Of a stretch of DNA of 64,000 bases, positions 46,030 through 58,899 are shown piece after piece. Numbering within the stretch: position 1 is the stretch's first letter; every line of letters starts with the position of its first letter. The stretch comes from Chrysomallon squamiferum (lineage: Eukaryota; Animalia; Mollusca): positions 5,456,001 to 5,520,000 of the forward strand of contig CM022669.1 of NCBI GenBank assembly GCA_012295275.1, read 5' to 3'. The position numbers and the translations under genes are program-made. Below the pieces are notes generated by a model. That model saw only the letters and a list, made by a program, of their open reading frames with translations, was not told the DNA's origin and ran no database searches.

Positions 46030-47133
46030 GTAACAACAGTAATTATATTAATAATATAAAGTCGAAATATCTCCTAGAATCTTTGTGATTTTTTTTTTCT
46101 TTTTTTTTTCCTGGAAACATATAACGCCAGAGGGGAAACAATGGAGGAAAAAACAAAAAAACAACAACATTTTTTTCAGCTATTTCTTATTAGCATACCT
46201 TAATTAAAATATCCAAAACTAAAAAAAAATAAAAAATAAAATATATATACACGCACGCACACACATACATACACACACACACACACATATATATACACAC
46301 AAACACATACACGCATATATGCATATATATATGCATGTATAAATAAATAAATAAATTCGTTCGTTAGTTTATGAACATATCCAGCCCGCGGTTGTTTAGA
46401 TGGAGAAGGGATATGACCTGCATTACATAACAGATAAATGTTGGATGTGCAGATAAAACCGACATACAACGGGTTTGGTGAAGAAATGTACATGGAAAGG
46501 TAATTTATTCACACACACACATACACGCATATATGCATATACATATGTGTGTGTGTGTGTATGTATGTGTGTATGTGTGAGCATATCTATATATCAACAT
46601 ACACACACACACACGTACAAAGAATATTCAGAATATACTTACAAGGAGAATTTAAAATATGTTAGGTATATTCATTTATAAAACACCCAACAGAAAATGT
46701 TTTTTGAGGATAAAAACTAAATGATAATAATCTGTCACCTGAGCTGAGTAACATGCAGATCCTCATAACAAATACATTATTAATATGTTCATTAAACGTC
46801 TGTTTTACTCCAACGAATTCTTTTATATTCTATTTTTCGTTTAAATTATTATTATTTTTTATTTATTTTTTTTTTTTTTTTTTTTTTATTTGTGTGTGTT
46901 TTTGTTCGTTCGTTCGTTCTTTTGTTTGTTTGTTTCTTTGGTTGATTGTTTGTTTGTTTTTGTTTGTTTGTTTGTTTGTTTTTATTATTACTACTATAAC
47001 TACAGTCACTACTGCTAGTAGTATATTATTATTACTAATACTGTCACAATTACTACATCCACTACATTATTACTTCAACTTGTATTACTACTGATATTTT
47101 TTCTTTGACAACCACTGCTACTACTACTAGATT

Positions 47134-47175
<42 letters not shown>

Positions 47176-47819
47176 GTAATCATTATTATTATTATTATTA
47201 ATTCATATATTTTTTAGATTCATTTTATTAATTGTTTCGTCTTCATCTTTCGGATTAACAAAAACAACATAGCCTGAGGGTTTGCAAAGAGAAACAGCCA
47301 AATTCGTGACTGTTTTTATAGTCGATGATTTTCATGGAGATAAATGTATGTAACTGCAAGTATCACACGGGTATTTAAAATCTGATTTCAGCAAAAACAG
47401 TGATATAACAAACAGGTTTCTAGTTTAAAAAGTCAATGGAGTACAGGAGAAGAAAAATGTCCTAAGACAGGTGAAATATCAAAGCCCAACAGGACTGGAA
47501 TACGTTTGTTGTAACGGTAACTTTAAACTTAAGATTCATTTCACCTATATTATCATTTTCATTAAATATTTTGCATTAGCAATATGAGCAAATATTTTAC
47601 ATTGTAATCGCTTTCATTACGTTATTACGTCTTGAAATAAAACTGTTCATTAATTTCCTTACAGATCTACTTGTATTTTATTTTGTATTTCTTTCTCTGA
47701 TTCTGTTTCAGTTAACTTCAGTTTCCTGTACCTCACTCAGAATTAGATGATAACTATGCCAAACATTCGGGTATGTCTTATTCATTATCATTATCATCGT
47801 CATCAATATTGATATTATC

Positions 47820-48285
47820 ATTTACATGTACATAGTACTTCAAGTTTAAAGTATTTCACATTTACGTGTGGATACAATATTTCAGACACACACACACACA
47901 TACATATACATATATCTATATATACATATACACAATAGTTCACGTATACGTACATCAAATATATCACATTTTATATAGATACACTATTTTACATTTATAT
48001 AGATACAATGGTTCACATTTACATAAATACAATAATTCATATTTAAGTAAATACATATTTATGGAGACATAGAATATTTCATATTCAATAGAGACAATAT
48101 TTTACCTTTTATATTTCATAGTTACCTAGGTACAGTAATTCACATTTAAGTAGACATAATATTTCACATTACCTTAGATATACTATTTCACATTTTATAT
48201 AGATAAAATATTTCACTTTCTACAGATCCATTATTGCACATTTATGTCAATACGACATTTCATCTACTACGTACATACAATATAA
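47820..48285. repeat. Degenerate ~24-bp minisatellite
   Basis: Recurrent variants of tatttcacatttatatagatacaa. Confidence 0.7.
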
Positions 48286-48398
48286 AATGCGTCATTTCAC
48301 GATTATAATAAATATGTTATTTTACTACGGGCTGTAACCGCGTTGTTTGGTAAAATAGGATGAAATTCGAGTTACTACTTTATGGTTGCGTCAGTCGT

Positions 48399-48430
<32 letters not shown>

Positions 48431-49259
48431 TCACCACCATTGCTACTTCGAAATGCCTGGTTGAAACTTCTGAAAGGTGATTTGCTGGGATTGTTTGTAT
48501 ATCTAGGCTGATGTAATCAGCAATGACAATTACGTAAATACAGTAGATCCTCACTTTAACAGATTAACTAGAAGCAACGATGTCAGAAACCTCTTAAATC
48601 TGAAATTTTTTCTAAAGATAATATTTAAATTTTATGATACAGTCACACACGAATAACCAACACAAAATATGACGATCCAAACTAAGCATTTAATGGTGTA
48701 TATATATTTATATGCATGGCCGTAACTACATTGAGGTAAATGAGGCAAATGCTTCAAACCGAAATTGAAATTTGTTTTTATTTTATTAGCAATAGTTGTG
48801 TGGTAACTATAATAGTACAAGTAGTAGTAGTTACAATAGTAATAATAACAGCAGTAGAGAAAGTAGTATTAGTGGTAGTTGTAGTAAAAGTAATAATAGA
48901 GGTAGTAATAGTGGTGATAGCAGTAGTAGTAGTAGTAATAACAATAGTGGTAGTGGTAGTAACTGTTGTATTAGTGGATGTAGTAATACTAACTGTAGTA
49001 GTTGTAGTAATATTAGAAGTATCAGTAATCATGCAGTAATAGTAGCTGTAGTAATATGTCGTAGTTCTCTTGGCTGCTCACCACACAGTCAGTCTACACT
49101 CATGTGTTCGTTTACGACGTTTCGACTGCAGTTCTGTTTTCAAGTACGTCATTAATCTACGAGTCACATAACAGTCACTGATAAAAAAACACACATGTCA
49201 CAAAACTCCTAACATTCACATTTCAAGGAGAATAAAATTAGAAGTAGCAGTAATAGTAA

Positions 49260-49297
<38 letters not shown>

Positions 49298-49922
49298 AAA
49301 ACTGCACTAGCAGCAGCACTAGCAGTAATAATAGTAATGGTAGTAGTAGTTTTATCACTAGTAGTAATAGTAGTAGTGAAAGTAGCAGAAGAAGTAATAG
49401 TAGCAGTAGTAGAAGTAATAGTTGTAGTAGTAGTAGTAATAACAACAACAATAATAATAATGTGATGATAGCAACATTAATTTAACCTTGGTTAATGTTT
49501 ATATTCTATCAGTTTATTTCCTTCTACTGAGTCCCTGAGAAACAAAATTAAAAACTTCAGAGGTCGATAATTTACAGCTGAGAGTTACCTTGCACTTGTA
49601 AATTTTTGACAGTTTCTATGACTACGGAACCCGTAACCTCTCCGCCAACGAGACAAGGTGACCCAGCATTGTCGATAAAAATCTCAAAACATGACAACTT
49701 TCCCATTTTCAGAATCAAACGATCTCCCTTCTCTTCTCTCTTAATTCAATCAAAAATCGATAAAAATAATTGTAGAAGAAAAACAAAAGAAAGAATGAAA
49801 GAAGGAAAAACAATGTGCTCATATTGATTAGGAGATTGTATCGCTGAAACGTTTATGTTAGAAGTTAAACGTTAACTGTAGTCAGGTGATTCAGTGTTTT
49901 TTTTCCCCATTCACACCTGTAG

Positions 49923-49938
49923 GAAAAAACGAAGACAG
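49923..49938 (+). other. Candidate micro-exon of glycosyltransferase copy 1 (paralogs at 53404-53420, 57704-57720, 62051-62066)
   Basis: cctgtag|GAAAAAACGAAGACAG|gtaggt, with both splice signals conserved in all four units. Confidence 0.45.
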
Positions 49939-50684
49939 GTAGGTTTATTCAACAATGGTAATAATTTTGTTTTCGTTTACGTAATATTACTGATTTGGTC
50001 TCTGTTTTTTTTTGGACATTTCAGTATCCTTGAACGAAACGTAGTAGTAACAGCAGCAATTGTAGTAGTAGCAATATTAATAACAGTTGTAGTGGTAGCT
50101 GAAGTAGTATTAGTATTAGCAGCAGAAGTACTGGAATGCTAGTAGTACTATCGATACTAGCAGTAGTAGCAGTAGCAGTAGCAATCATTGTGATAGTAGT
50201 AGTTGTAGTAGTAGTAGTTTGTAACAATCAACAAATCATACGAATTTGTAATAATCACCATCATCACCATCATCTTTTTGATTGCAGTTGTTATTATTGT
50301 TATTCGTATCATCATTATTAAAGCAATATTTTAAAAATACACAATATGTACATATTAAAATTATTACATACTGAAACAGCAGCGATCACAAAAATGAAGA
50401 AAAACCATACACATACATAGATACATACTTACATTCATACACATATACATACATACATACATACACACATATAGATACATACATACAAAAAAAGAGGAAC
50501 CTCAGAATGTGTGTAAGTCTATATGTATATAAGGGTTTTTCTGTATATGTGTGTATGTTTATATGTTTGTTGTTGTTTTTCTTTTCTATTTATTTACGTA
50601 TTTATATTATTTATCTATTTATTTATTCTTATATTTATTATTATTTTTGATATCATTATTATACTTTTTGGTGGATGTTTTCAG

Positions 50685-51914
50685 AATCGAGTATGGAAAA
50701 TTTTCATGCTTTGCACGTTTCTGATCATTGTGTCATGTATCAACTACAAATACATTCTAAGATCGTCTAGTAAAAGTGTCCTGAAAGTGACGTCAGATCG
50801 ACAGACAGATTTAAAAACTGCTCTGAACGGTTCGAAACTCGACAGCGTAGCTGCTGCTAGAAACGAACTGCACACCAGTAAGATTCACAAGGGAGGTAAC
50901 TCTTCCACCAGACCGGGCACGAAAGCAGTAACGCCTAAGCGACAGAGATACTTGTTCTACCTGTGTGGTGGGAAATTACTTGGTTGCGGTGGTTGGGGGG
51001 ATCGTTTGAAAGGAATCATCATAACATACCTGATATCGCAGGTAACCAACAGAACGTTTGGCATCAGTGTGACGCATCCCAAATGTGACCTAACTCGTTA
51101 CCTAAGACCCAATCGCATCGCTTGGAACATCACGATTTCAGACGACACTTTGAAACGGTACAACAACAGCGTGGGTTATCAAATAATGTCTAACAGTAAA
51201 GAGTTTTATCACGCTGTACAGACAATGAATTTCGAAAAGTTCTTTCAGAAAGACATTGAATATTTTCAAGCGAATTTGGACTACGTGACATTGTTTAAAA
51301 ACAATTCTCGTTACTGGGCTCACACTTCGTGGATGAGGAACCTGACTAGAAGCAAAATTTACAGAAAACTGTTCTACGAGCTGTTTTCTCTCGCTCCTGA
51401 TCTCCAGGCTGAACTGTCCGCGCTGATGAAGAAGGCCAAACCCACTGATTCGCATCAACTGGTTTGCTCTCAGATCAGAATGGGACGCAATCCATCAAAC
51501 CCACACGATTCCCTCGTCAGTACTGAACGGCTGGTCGATGTTCCTAAAATTTGGCAGTTTTTAGAAAAATACAGAGATCGAGCAAAATACAGGATCTACG
51601 TCACTTCCGATTCCGAAGACATACGGAAAGAAGCACGTTCTCGTTTTGGAAGCATTCTGGTAGAAAACGAGGGCCCGTCGGTCCACATCGACAAATTCAC
51701 CGACAGCAACAACGTGTGCGCCGGCATGAGGAAAGTAATCCTTGATCAGCAGATTTTGGCGCAGTGTGACGTGTTTCTGCTGACAAAAAGCGGCCTGGGA
51801 CGCACGTCTGCCTATTTGAGACAGAAAGAGACAGGCCTCTTTTGTCTGGTGATGCATAATATAGTCAAATGTTACCTAGACTCACTGAAAGAACTGTATA
51901 ATGTTTATGGTTAG
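50685..51914 (+). CDS. Type II membrane fucosyltransferase-like glycosyltransferase (GT-B; GT11/GT23/GT37/O-FucT superfamily), copy 1, main exon
   Basis: Acceptor gttttcag| at 50684; first in-frame ATG in the exon at 50706. TM segment IFMLCTFLIIVSCI, stem, then CGGWGDRLKG. Motif I QIRMG, motif II IYVTSD, motif III DQQILAQCDVFLLTKSGLG. True start uncertain. Confidence 0.85.
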   Translation, partial: NRVWKIFMLCTFLIIVSCINYKYILRSSSKSVLKVTSDRQTDLKTALNGSKLDSVAAARNELHTSKIHKGGNSSTRPGTKAVTPKRQRYLFYLCGGKLLGCGGWGDRLKGIIITYLISQVTNRTFGISVTHPKCDLTRYLRPNRIAWNITISDDTLKRYNNSVGYQIMSNSKEFYHAVQTMNFEKFFQKDIEYFQANLDYVTLFKNNSRYWAHTSWMRNLTRSKIYRKLFYELFSLAPDLQAELSALMKKAKPTDSHQLVCSQIRMGRNPSNPHDSLVSTERLVDVPKIWQFLEKYRDRAKYRIYVTSDSEDIRKEARSRFGSILVENEGPSVHIDKFTDSNNVCAGMRKVILDQQILAQCDVFLLTKSGLGRTSAYLRQKETGLFCLVMHNIVKCYLDSLKELYNVYG

Positions 51915-52365
51915 ATAAAAATTCAAACTAATGAAGTTCACTCAAAGAACTGTATAATGTTTATGGTTAGATAAAACTTAAAAATAATGTCGATCACACA
52001 AAGAACTGTATAATGTTTATGGTTAGTTAAAAATTCACAATAATGTAGTTCACTGAAAGAACTGTATAATATTTATTGTTAGACAAAACTTAAAAATAAT
52101 GTCGAACTGTATAATGTTTATGGTTAGATAAAAATTCAAAGAACTGTAAAGAACTGTTTAATGTTTATGGTTAGATAAAAATTCAAAATAATGAAGTTCA
52201 CTCAAAGAACTGTATAATGTTTATGGTTAGATAAAACTTAAAAATAATCATCAATAATGTTTATGGTTAGTTAAAAATTCACAATAATGTAGTTCACTGA
52301 AAGAACTGTATAATATTTATTGTTAGACAAAAATTCAAAATAATGTATTTCACTCGAAGAACTCT
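51881..52365 (+). repeat. 56-bp minisatellite spanning the stop codon of GT copy 1 (9 units, some deleted)
   Basis: cactcaaagaactgtataatgtttatggttag... with TAG ending at 51914, 51970, 52026, 52082 and onward. Confidence 0.95.
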
Positions 52366-52675
52366 GTGACATTTACACGTACTCACCCGCACATGCACAA
52401 ACGCTCGAACTCACAGACACGAAACACTAATGGGAGCAATTAGAAAACGAAAAGAAAATTAATGATAATAATGGTAACTGATTTTGTATATCTGCTGGAC
52501 AGATTAAATAACAAAAAATTTACATTTTATTATATTTCAATCAGTTCTCGAGAATATCACAAATAAATGTGTGTTAACTTACTTTTTAATTCTTCGTTCT
52601 TTCTTTATCTTCAGCCATGTCTTTTCTTCATGTCATTATCTTCACTGCAATCTCACAATACTCGAATCCGTATTA

Positions 52676-52730
52676 GCGCGAACACGTAGTTGCGCATAGT
52701 CCGGAAGTGACGTAAGAACAGGCGTATCTC
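52676..52730. promoter_or_regulatory. CpG-rich promoter-like element with overlapping ETS-CRE motif
   Basis: gcgcgaacacgtagttgcgcatagtCCGGAAGTGACGTaag; paralogs at ~56990-57012 (partly deleted) and ~60452-60492. Confidence 0.55.
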
Positions 52731-55052
52731 ATTTCTTTTATGCTATAAGTTGTTTGATCGTCTTTGTGTCAGAGGCCATTACTTCGTCACAAGTAGGAGG
52801 AGCTGTGGATGTAGAAAATAAACAAATAAATTAATTTTATATTCCTTTTAATAATATCAAACAACAACTGGGGAAGCCAGTTATTGAAAGAGTAAAGATA
52901 CAATTTAATATTAACAGAAACTGTTTCTTTCTATTATTATTATTTTTCATTCGTTCTTTCTTTGTTATTTCCTGGTTTGTACACGTGTCATTACATTCTA
53001 ATTTCAGTTTGCTCCCCTTTACTGAGTCCCTGCGAAACAAAACTAAACACTTCAGAGGTCGATAATTTACAACTGAGAGTTACCTTGTACTTGTAAATTT
53101 TTGACAGTTTCTATGACAACGGAACCCGTAACGTCTCCGCCAGCGAGACAAAGTGACAAAACATTGTCGATAAAAATCTCAAAACTTGACAACTTTCCCA
53201 TTTTCAGAATCAAACGATCTCCCTTCTCTTCTGTCTTCTTTGAACAAAAATCGATAAAAATAATTGAAAAAGAAAAAAGAAAGAAAGAAAGAAAGAAAAA
53301 CAATGTGTTCATATTGATTAGGAGATTGTATCGCTGAAACGTTTATGTTAGAAGTTTAACTTACCTGTAGTCGGGTGTTTTCTTTCTTCTTACAAACCTG
53401 TAGGAAAAAACCGAAGACAGGTAGGTTTATTCAATTCCGGGAATAATTTTATTTTCGTTTACGTAATATTACTGATTTGGTCTCTTAATTTGGCAATTTC
53501 AGTATGCTTGAACGCAACAATAAAATAAAATAAGAAAATAAAAATAAATAAATGAAGAGGTAAATGTCTGTGCTTCATCTTTCCAATTTTATAATAAAAA
53601 AATAAAAATAATAATAATAATAATAATATTAATAGTAATAGTAATAATAGTAACAGTAGTATTAATACTAGTAATAGACGCAGACGTAGAGATAGTAATA
53701 GTAGTAGTAGTAATAGTGGCGGTGGTTTTAATAGCAGTAATAGTAGCAGTAGTAGCAACAGTAGGAGCAATATTAATTGCAGCAACACAGTAGTAATAGT
53801 GGAAGTAGTAGTAGTTCTAGTAGTAAAAGTAGTACCAGTGGGAGTAGCAAAAGTAGTAGCAGTGGTAGTAGCAAACGTAGTGGTAGTACGTGTACTAGTA
53901 GTGACAATAGTAGTATCAGCACGAGGAGAAACCCTAGCAAACGTAGTAGAAATAGTAGTAGTTGTAGTAGTAGTTGAATGGTTGATTATTTATTTTATCT
54001 GTCCATGTTTTGTATTGTTTCTGTTACAGTTGACACCAGTTTGTGATTCGTCACTCATGCTGAGAACTTTGGTATCAATTTATAAGATTAATAATATTAA
54101 TATTAATATTAATATTAATAATAATAATAATAATAATATTAACAGTAGTATTAATATTAATAATAATAATAATATTATTATTAATAATAATAATAATAAT
54201 AACAGTAATAACAGTAGTAGTAGACGTAGTCCTAGTAACAGTAGTAGTTGTCATAATGTTGGTGGTTGTGACAGCAGTAGTAGTAATAGCAGTGGTGATA
54301 GTACTAGAAGTAATGGTAGTAGTAACGGTTGTAGTAGTGGCTGATATGATGATAGTAGTATTAGTAGCACTAGTTCTAATAGTTTTAATAGTAGCAGTAG
54401 CAGCAGCAATAGTAGCAGAAGTAGTAGTAACAGCAGCAATTATAGTAGCAAAAATATTAATAACAGTGACAGTGGTAGTTGAAGTAGCAGTAATATTAGC
54501 AGCAGAAGTAGTGGAATGCTAGTAGTAGTAGCGATAATAGTAGTAGTAGTAGTAGTAGTAGTACTAGTAGTAGCAAACGTTGTGATACTAGTAGTTATAG
54601 TACTAGTTGAATATTTGATTATTTATTTTATTTGTCTGTGTTTTGTTTTGAGGTTTGTCACACGATCTTTGCCTAGAATTCCAGTACCAATCTTTAATAA
54701 TAATAATCATCATCACCATCATCTTTTTGATTGCAGATGTTCTTATTGTTATTAGTATCATCATTATTAAAGCAGTATTTTAAAAATACACAATATCTAC
54801 ATATCAAAATTATTACGTACTGAAACAGCAGCGATCACAAAAGTGAAGAAAAAACACGCATTCTTACATACATATTTACATTCATACACACATATACAAA
54901 CATACATACATACATACACGAACATACATACATACATACATAAGAAGGAGGAACCTCAGAAAAATGTGTGTAAATATGTATGTATTTATGGGTTCTTGTG
55001 TATATGTGTGTATGTTTATATGTTTGTTGTTGTTTTTCTTTTTTTTATTTAC

Positions 55053-55119
<67 letters not shown>

Positions 55120-55185
55120 TTATTTATTCGTTTATTTATTATTATTATTGATATCATTATTATAAGTTTGGGGCTTTTTTTTCAG

Positions 55186-56415
55186 AATGGAATATGGAAA
55201 ATGTTCATGCTTTGCATGTTTCTGATCATTGTGTCGTGTATCAGCTACAAATACATTCTAAGATCGTCTAGTAAAACTGTCCTTAAAGTGACGTCAGATC
55301 GACAGACAGATTTTATAACTCATCTGGACGGTTTGAAACTTGACAGCGTAGCTGCTGCTAGAAATGAACTGCACACCAGTAGCATTCGCAAGGGAGGTAA
55401 CTCTTCCACCAGACCGGTCACGAAAGCGGTAACGCCTCAGCGACAGAGATATTTGTTCTACCTGTGTGGTGGGAAATTACTTGGTTGCGGTGGTTGGGCG
55501 GATCGCTTGAAAGGAATCATCATAACATACCTGATATCGCAGGTAACCAACAGAACGTTTGGCATCAGTGTGACGCATCCGTCATGTGATCTCACTCGTT
55601 ATGTAAGACCCAATCACGTCGATTGGAACATCACGATTTCAGACGACACTTTGAAACGGAACAAAAACAGCGTGGGTTATCTACGAGTGACTGATAGTAA
55701 AGAGTTTTATCACGCTGTACAGACAATGAATTTCGAAAAGTTCTTTCAGAAAGACATTGAATATTTTCAAGCGAATTTAGACTATGTGACCTTGTTTAAA
55801 AACAATTATCGTTACTGGGCTCAAACTTCGTGGATGAGGAACCTGACTAGAAGCAAAATTTACAGAAAACTGTTTGACGAGCTGTTTTCTCTCGCTCCTG
55901 ATCTCCAGGCTGAACTGTCCGCGCTGATGAAGAAGGCCAAACCCACTGATTCGCATCAACTGGTTTGCTCTCAGATCAGAATGGGACGCAATCCATCCAA
56001 CCCGCACGATTCCGTCGTCAGAACTGAACGGCGGGTCGATGTTCCTAAAATTTGGCAGTTTTTGGAAAAATACAGAGATCCCGCAAAACACAGGATCTAC
56101 GTCACTTCCGATTCCGAAGACATACGGAAAGAAGCACGTTCTCGTTTTGGAAGCATTCTGGTAGAAAACGAGGGCCCGTCGGTCCACATCGACAGATTCA
56201 CCGACACCAACAACGTGTGCGCCGGCATGAGGAAAGTAATCCTTGATCAGCAGATTTTGGCACAGTGTGACGTGTTTCTGCTGACAAAAAGCGGCCTGGG
56301 ACGCACGTCTGCCTATTTGAGACAGAAAGAGACAGGCCTCTTTTGTCTGGTGATGCATAATATAGTCAAATGTTACCCAGACTCACTCAAAGAACTGTAT
56401 AAAGTTTATGGTTAG
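55186..56415 (+). CDS. Fucosyltransferase-like glycosyltransferase, copy 2, main exon
   Basis: Acceptor ttttttttcag| at 55185; in-frame ATG at 55201; intact ORF with the same motifs as copy 1. Confidence 0.85.
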   Translation, partial: NGIWKMFMLCMFLIIVSCISYKYILRSSSKTVLKVTSDRQTDFITHLDGLKLDSVAAARNELHTSSIRKGGNSSTRPVTKAVTPQRQRYLFYLCGGKLLGCGGWADRLKGIIITYLISQVTNRTFGISVTHPSCDLTRYVRPNHVDWNITISDDTLKRNKNSVGYLRVTDSKEFYHAVQTMNFEKFFQKDIEYFQANLDYVTLFKNNYRYWAQTSWMRNLTRSKIYRKLFDELFSLAPDLQAELSALMKKAKPTDSHQLVCSQIRMGRNPSNPHDSVVRTERRVDVPKIWQFLEKYRDPAKHRIYVTSDSEDIRKEARSRFGSILVENEGPSVHIDRFTDTNNVCAGMRKVILDQQILAQCDVFLLTKSGLGRTSAYLRQKETGLFCLVMHNIVKCYPDSLKELYKVYG

Positions 56416-56675
56416 ATAAAAATTCAAACTAATGAAGTTCACTCAAAGAACTGTATAATGTTTATGGTTAGATAAAACTTAAAAATAATGTCGATCACTC
56501 AAAGAACTGTATAATGTTTATGGTTAGTTAAAAATTCACAATAATGTAGTTCACTGAAAGAACTGTATAATATTTATTGTTAGACAAAACTTCAAAATAA
56601 TGTGGATCACTCAAAGAACTGTATAATGTTTATGGTTAGAGAAAAATTCAAAATAATGTATTTCACTCGAAGAAC
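56382..56675 (+). repeat. 56-bp stop-codon minisatellite of GT copy 2 (5 units)
   Basis: TAG ends at 56415, 56471, 56527, 56583 and 56639. Confidence 0.95.
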
Positions 56676-56987
56676 TCTGTGACATTTACACGTACTCACC
56701 CGCACATGCACACACACTCGAACTCACAGACACAAAACAAAAATGGGAGCAATTAGAAAACGAAAAGAAAATTAATGATAATAATGGTAACTGATTTTGT
56801 ATATCTGCTGGACAGATTAAATAACAAAAAATTTACATTTTATTATATTTCAATCAGTTCTCAAGAATATCACAAATAAATATGTGTTAACTTATTTTTT
56901 AATTCTTCGTTCTTTCTTTATCTTCAGCCATCTCTTTTCTTCATGTCATTATCGTCTCTGCAATCTCACAATACTCGAATCAGTATT

Positions 56988-57020
56988 TGCGCGAACACGG
57001 AAGTGACGTAAGAACAGGCG
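56988..57020. promoter_or_regulatory. ETS-CRE element, deletion variant
   Basis: gcgcgaacaCGGAAGTGACGTaag; lacks the ttgcgcatagt segment seen in the other two copies. Confidence 0.5.
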
Positions 57021-58444
57021 TATCTGATTTATTTTGTGCAATAAGTTGTTTGATCGTCTTTGTGTCAGAGGCCATTACTTCGTCATAAGGAGGAGGAGCT
57101 GTGGATGTAGAAAATAAACAAATAAATTAATTTTATATTCCTTTTAATAATATCAAACAACAACTGGGGAAGCCAGTTATTGAAAGAGTAAAGATACAAT
57201 TTAAGATTAACAGAAACTGTTTCTTTCTATTATTATTATTTTTTATTCGTTCTTTCTTTGTTATTTGCTGGTTTGTACACGTGTCATTAAATTCTTATTT
57301 CAGTTTGCTCCCCATTACTGAGTCCCTGCGAAACAAAACTAAACACTTCAGAGGTCGATAATTTACAACTGAGAGTTACCTTGTACTTGTAAATTTTTGA
57401 CAGTTTCTATGACAACGGAACCCGTAACCTCTCCGCCAGCGAGACAAGGTGACAAAACATTGTCGATAAAAATCTCAAAACTTGACAACTTTCCCATTTT
57501 CAGAATCAAACGATCTCCCTTCTCTTCTGTCTTCTTTGAATAAAAATCGATAAAAATAACTGAAGAAGAAAAAAGAAAGAAAGAAAGAAAGAAAGAAAAA
57601 CAATGTGTTTATATTGATTAGGAGATTGTATCGCTGAAACGTTTATGTTAGAAGTTTAACTTAACTGTAGTCGGGTGTTTTCTTTCCTCTTACAAACCTG
57701 TAGGAAAAAACCGAAGACAGGTAGGTTTATTCAATTCTGGGAATAACTTTATTTTCGTTTACGTAATATTACTGATTTGGTCTCTTAATTTGGCAATTTC
57801 AGTATGCTTGAACGCAACAATAAAATAAAATAAGAAAATAAAAATAAATAAATGAAGAGGTAAATGTCTGTGCTTCATCTTTCCAATTTTATAACAAAAA
57901 AAAATAAATAATAATAATAATAATAATAGTAATAGTAATAGTAATAATAGTAACAGTAGTATTAATAGTAGTAATAGACGCAGACATAGAGATAGTAATA
58001 GTAGTACTAGTAATAGTGGCGGTGGTTTTAATAGCAGTAATAGTAGCAGTAGTAGCAACAGTAGGAGCAATATTAATTGCAGCAACACAGTAGTAATAGT
58101 GGAAGTAGTAGTAGTTCTAGTAGTAAAAGTAGTAGCAGTGGGAGTAGCAAAAGTAGTAGCAGTGGTAGTAGCAAACGTAGTTGTAGTACTTGTACTAGTA
58201 GTGACAATAGTATTATCAGCGCTAGTAGAAACACTAGCAAACGTAGTAGAAATAGTAGTAGTTGTAGTAGTAGTTGAATGGTTGATTATTTATTTTACCT
58301 GTCCATGTTTTGTATTGTTTCTGTTACAGTTGACACCACTTTGTGATTCGTCAATCATGCTGAGAACTTTGGTATGAATTTATAAGATTAATAATATTAA
58401 TATTAATATTAATAACAATAATATTAACAGTAGTATTAATATTG

Positions 58445-58490
<46 letters not shown>

Positions 58491-58899
58491 TAACAGTAGT
58501 ATTAATAGTAGTAGTAGACGTAGACCTAGTAATAGTAGTAGTTGTAAGAATATTGGTGGTTGTGACAGCAGTAGTAGTAATAGCAGTGGTGATAGTACTA
58601 GAAGTAATGGTAGTAGTAACGGTTGTAGTAGTGGCTGATATGATGATAGTAGTATTAATAGCACTAGTTGTAATAGTTTTAATAGTAGTAGTAGCAGAAG
58701 CAATAGTAGCAGAAGTAGTAGTAACAGCAGCAATAGTACTAGTAACACTATTAATAACAGTTGTAGTGGTAGCTGAAGTAGCAGAAGTAGCAGTAGTATT
58801 AGCAGCAGAAGTAGTATTTATTTATTTATTTATTTATTTATACGTTTATTTATTATTATTATTGATATCATTATTATAAGTTTTTTTTTTTTTTTTCAG

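Noticed and set aside
50523-50684. Long hydrophobic N-terminal extensions of the GT ORFs (also 54964-55185)
   Set aside because: (ATTT)n/(TA)n intron sequence upstream of a clear splice acceptor; not conserved among copies
51881-52365. CRISPR-like appearance (conserved ~30-mer alternating with variable ~25-mers)
   Set aside because: The 'spacers' are homologous to one another, the repeat is the gene's own coding end, the context is eukaryotic and there are no cas genes
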